Assembly (NCBI GenBank): GCA_965202725.1
Contig: OZ241845.1
Coordinates: 3,782,079-3,846,078, forward strand
DNA: 64,000 nt
Source of the DNA: Candidatus Poribacteria bacterium
Lineage (GTDB): Bacteria > Poribacteria > WGA-4E > WGA-3G
Direction: 5' to 3'
Part shown: positions 63,207 to 64,000 of the stretch, in pieces
Numbering within the stretch: position 1 is the stretch's first letter
How the letters are laid out: the number at the start of each line of letters is the position of its first letter
Program-made: the position numbers and the translations under genes
Notes under the pieces: generated by a model
The model's database searches: none
Seen by the model: the letters and a program-made list of their open reading frames with translations, nothing else
What the model was told of the DNA's origin: nothing

Positions 63207-63485
63207 ATGTTTGATAGATGTGTTAAGCTTGATGAAGCTGGGAAAATAGTCAGTGTTCCTGCTCAACCGCTTCGACTTTGGGGGAGTCTGCTTCCCCCTG
63301 GAAAAAGAACCCCGGAGGGCCCTCGCCTTTACAGTCTTCAAGAGTTGTTAGGTTTCAATGATTTGAGGGATCGGCTGATTGCTTATGCCCGGGTCTCTGG
63401 TTCGGATGCAAAGGGGGATTTAGAGCGTCAGCGTGCCGTCCTTGAAGCCTTTTGCCATAAGAATGGCGGCAAACTGAGAGCCTAA
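63207..63485 (+). pseudogene. IS607-family serine recombinase (TnpA) N-terminal remnant
   Basis: The MerR-like HTH remnant is ..LRLWGSLLPPGKRTPEGPRLYSLQELLGF... The catalytic-Ser region is LIAYARVSGSDAKGDLERQRAVLEAF. A premature stop falls at 63485, and further recombinase-like pieces (..NKKGLLGRLALRVRGQKSRLVLMHKARLCR..) follow out of frame. Confidence 0.6.
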
Positions 63486-63770
63486 GAGCTTTCGGCGGTG
63501 GCATGAATTAGAATAAGAAAGGTTTGCTTGGGCGCCTTGCGTTGAGGGTGCGGGGTCAAAAGTCTCGTTTAGTTCTCATGCATAAAGCCCGTCTCTGCCG
63601 TAAAAGTTGCAAAGTGTCTAAAGTTGGGAAGTTGTTTTGGGGGAGAAGGTGCCCTTCAACTTTCTAACTTTACACCCTTTCGTCCACTTCTTTCGTTTCT
63701 GTGTCGTTCTCAGCAGTCAAAGCAACTGGTAGAAGAAAGAGAGCACATCATATTGGAAGAAAAACAACAG

Positions 63771-63968
63771 GTGGGACACAAGGTTGATGCGCCGACCCAG
63801 AAGATAGCCCTCCATCCGAATAACAAGCAATGCACGCTTCGGGCACAGCATGCGGGGTATGCCCGTGTTGCCTATACCTTCGCTTTATCGGCTTTCAAAG
63901 CAGGCTTAGATACCGGTGAGTGGCGGAGCTATATGGCCATAAAGCGTGAGTTTAACGCCGTCACATAA
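63771..63968 (+). pseudogene. TnpB (IS605/IS607 OrfB) N-terminal remnant
   Basis: A possible GTG at 63771. ..QKIALHPNNKQCTLRAQHAGYARVAYTFALSAFKAGLDTGEWRSYMAIKREFNAV matches the usual TnpB N-terminus (.y.i.Pn..Q...l....G.aR..YN.aL). It stops at 63968 after ~65 aa. Confidence 0.5.
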
Positions 63969-64000
63969 TTTGTGACATTTGTTTAAGTCCTAAACAACGG

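Larger units (their letters stand above)
63150..64000 (+). mobile_element. Decayed IS607-type element (serine-recombinase tnpA remnant plus tnpB remnant); right end beyond the window
   Basis: It combines the two pseudogene fragments listed below in the canonical tnpA-tnpB order. Element ends were not identified. Confidence 0.5.

Overview
This 64-kb bacterial window has about 50 protein-coding genes. Ribosome-binding sites are AGGAGG-type and several promoters match the TTGACA-N17-TATAAT form. I saw no rRNA, tRNA or CRISPR array. From left to right the content is as follows.

(1) The window opens with a giant C25 (gingipain-like) peptidase carrying a T9SS-type C-terminal domain, probably truncated at its 5' end by the window edge. 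A PorV/PorQ-like outer-membrane barrel follows it.

(2) Next is a small accessory stretch: hypothetical genes, a Cys-rich secreted protein, an HExxH lipoprotein, an Rpn-like transposase fragment and a frameshifted PD-(D/E)XK/DUF4268 gene.

(3) A housekeeping block follows. It holds anmK, a DUF1343/NamZ-like gene, a beta-lactamase-fold hydrolase, a cupin PMI-like gene, pgi, a HAMP histidine kinase with an NtrC-type sigma54 activator, a GspG-like protein and a prepilin peptidase.

(4) A stand-alone PD-ExK(NERD-like)-SF1 helicase fusion sits next.

(5) Then come a nitroreductase, an amidohydrolase, a TPR lipoprotein, a Gfo/Idh/MocA-Rieske-cytochrome b operon and an enolase-superfamily enzyme.

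(6) A long minus-strand operon encodes ABC-2 permeases, an ATPase, a repeat-rich NEW3-like membrane protein and TolC.

(7) An insertion follows. It carries a truncated IS701/IS4-like transposase and two tandem paralogous genes of about 1020 aa, each a single-chain nuclease-methyltransferase-TRD (Type IIG/ISP-related).

(8) The right end holds a third ABC-2 permease paralog, a secreted YHYH-EEP nuclease, IS5 and IS1595 fragments, small genes, nnr, a second Gfo/Idh/MocA gene and a decayed IS607-type element.

The most interesting items are the tandem restriction-modification (RM)-like paralogs with mosaic divergence, the nuclease-helicase fusion, the uncharacterised ABC-2/TolC envelope operon, and several local coding disruptions (homopolymer frameshifts and an in-frame TAG). 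All functional calls rest on motif recognition by eye. No database search was run.
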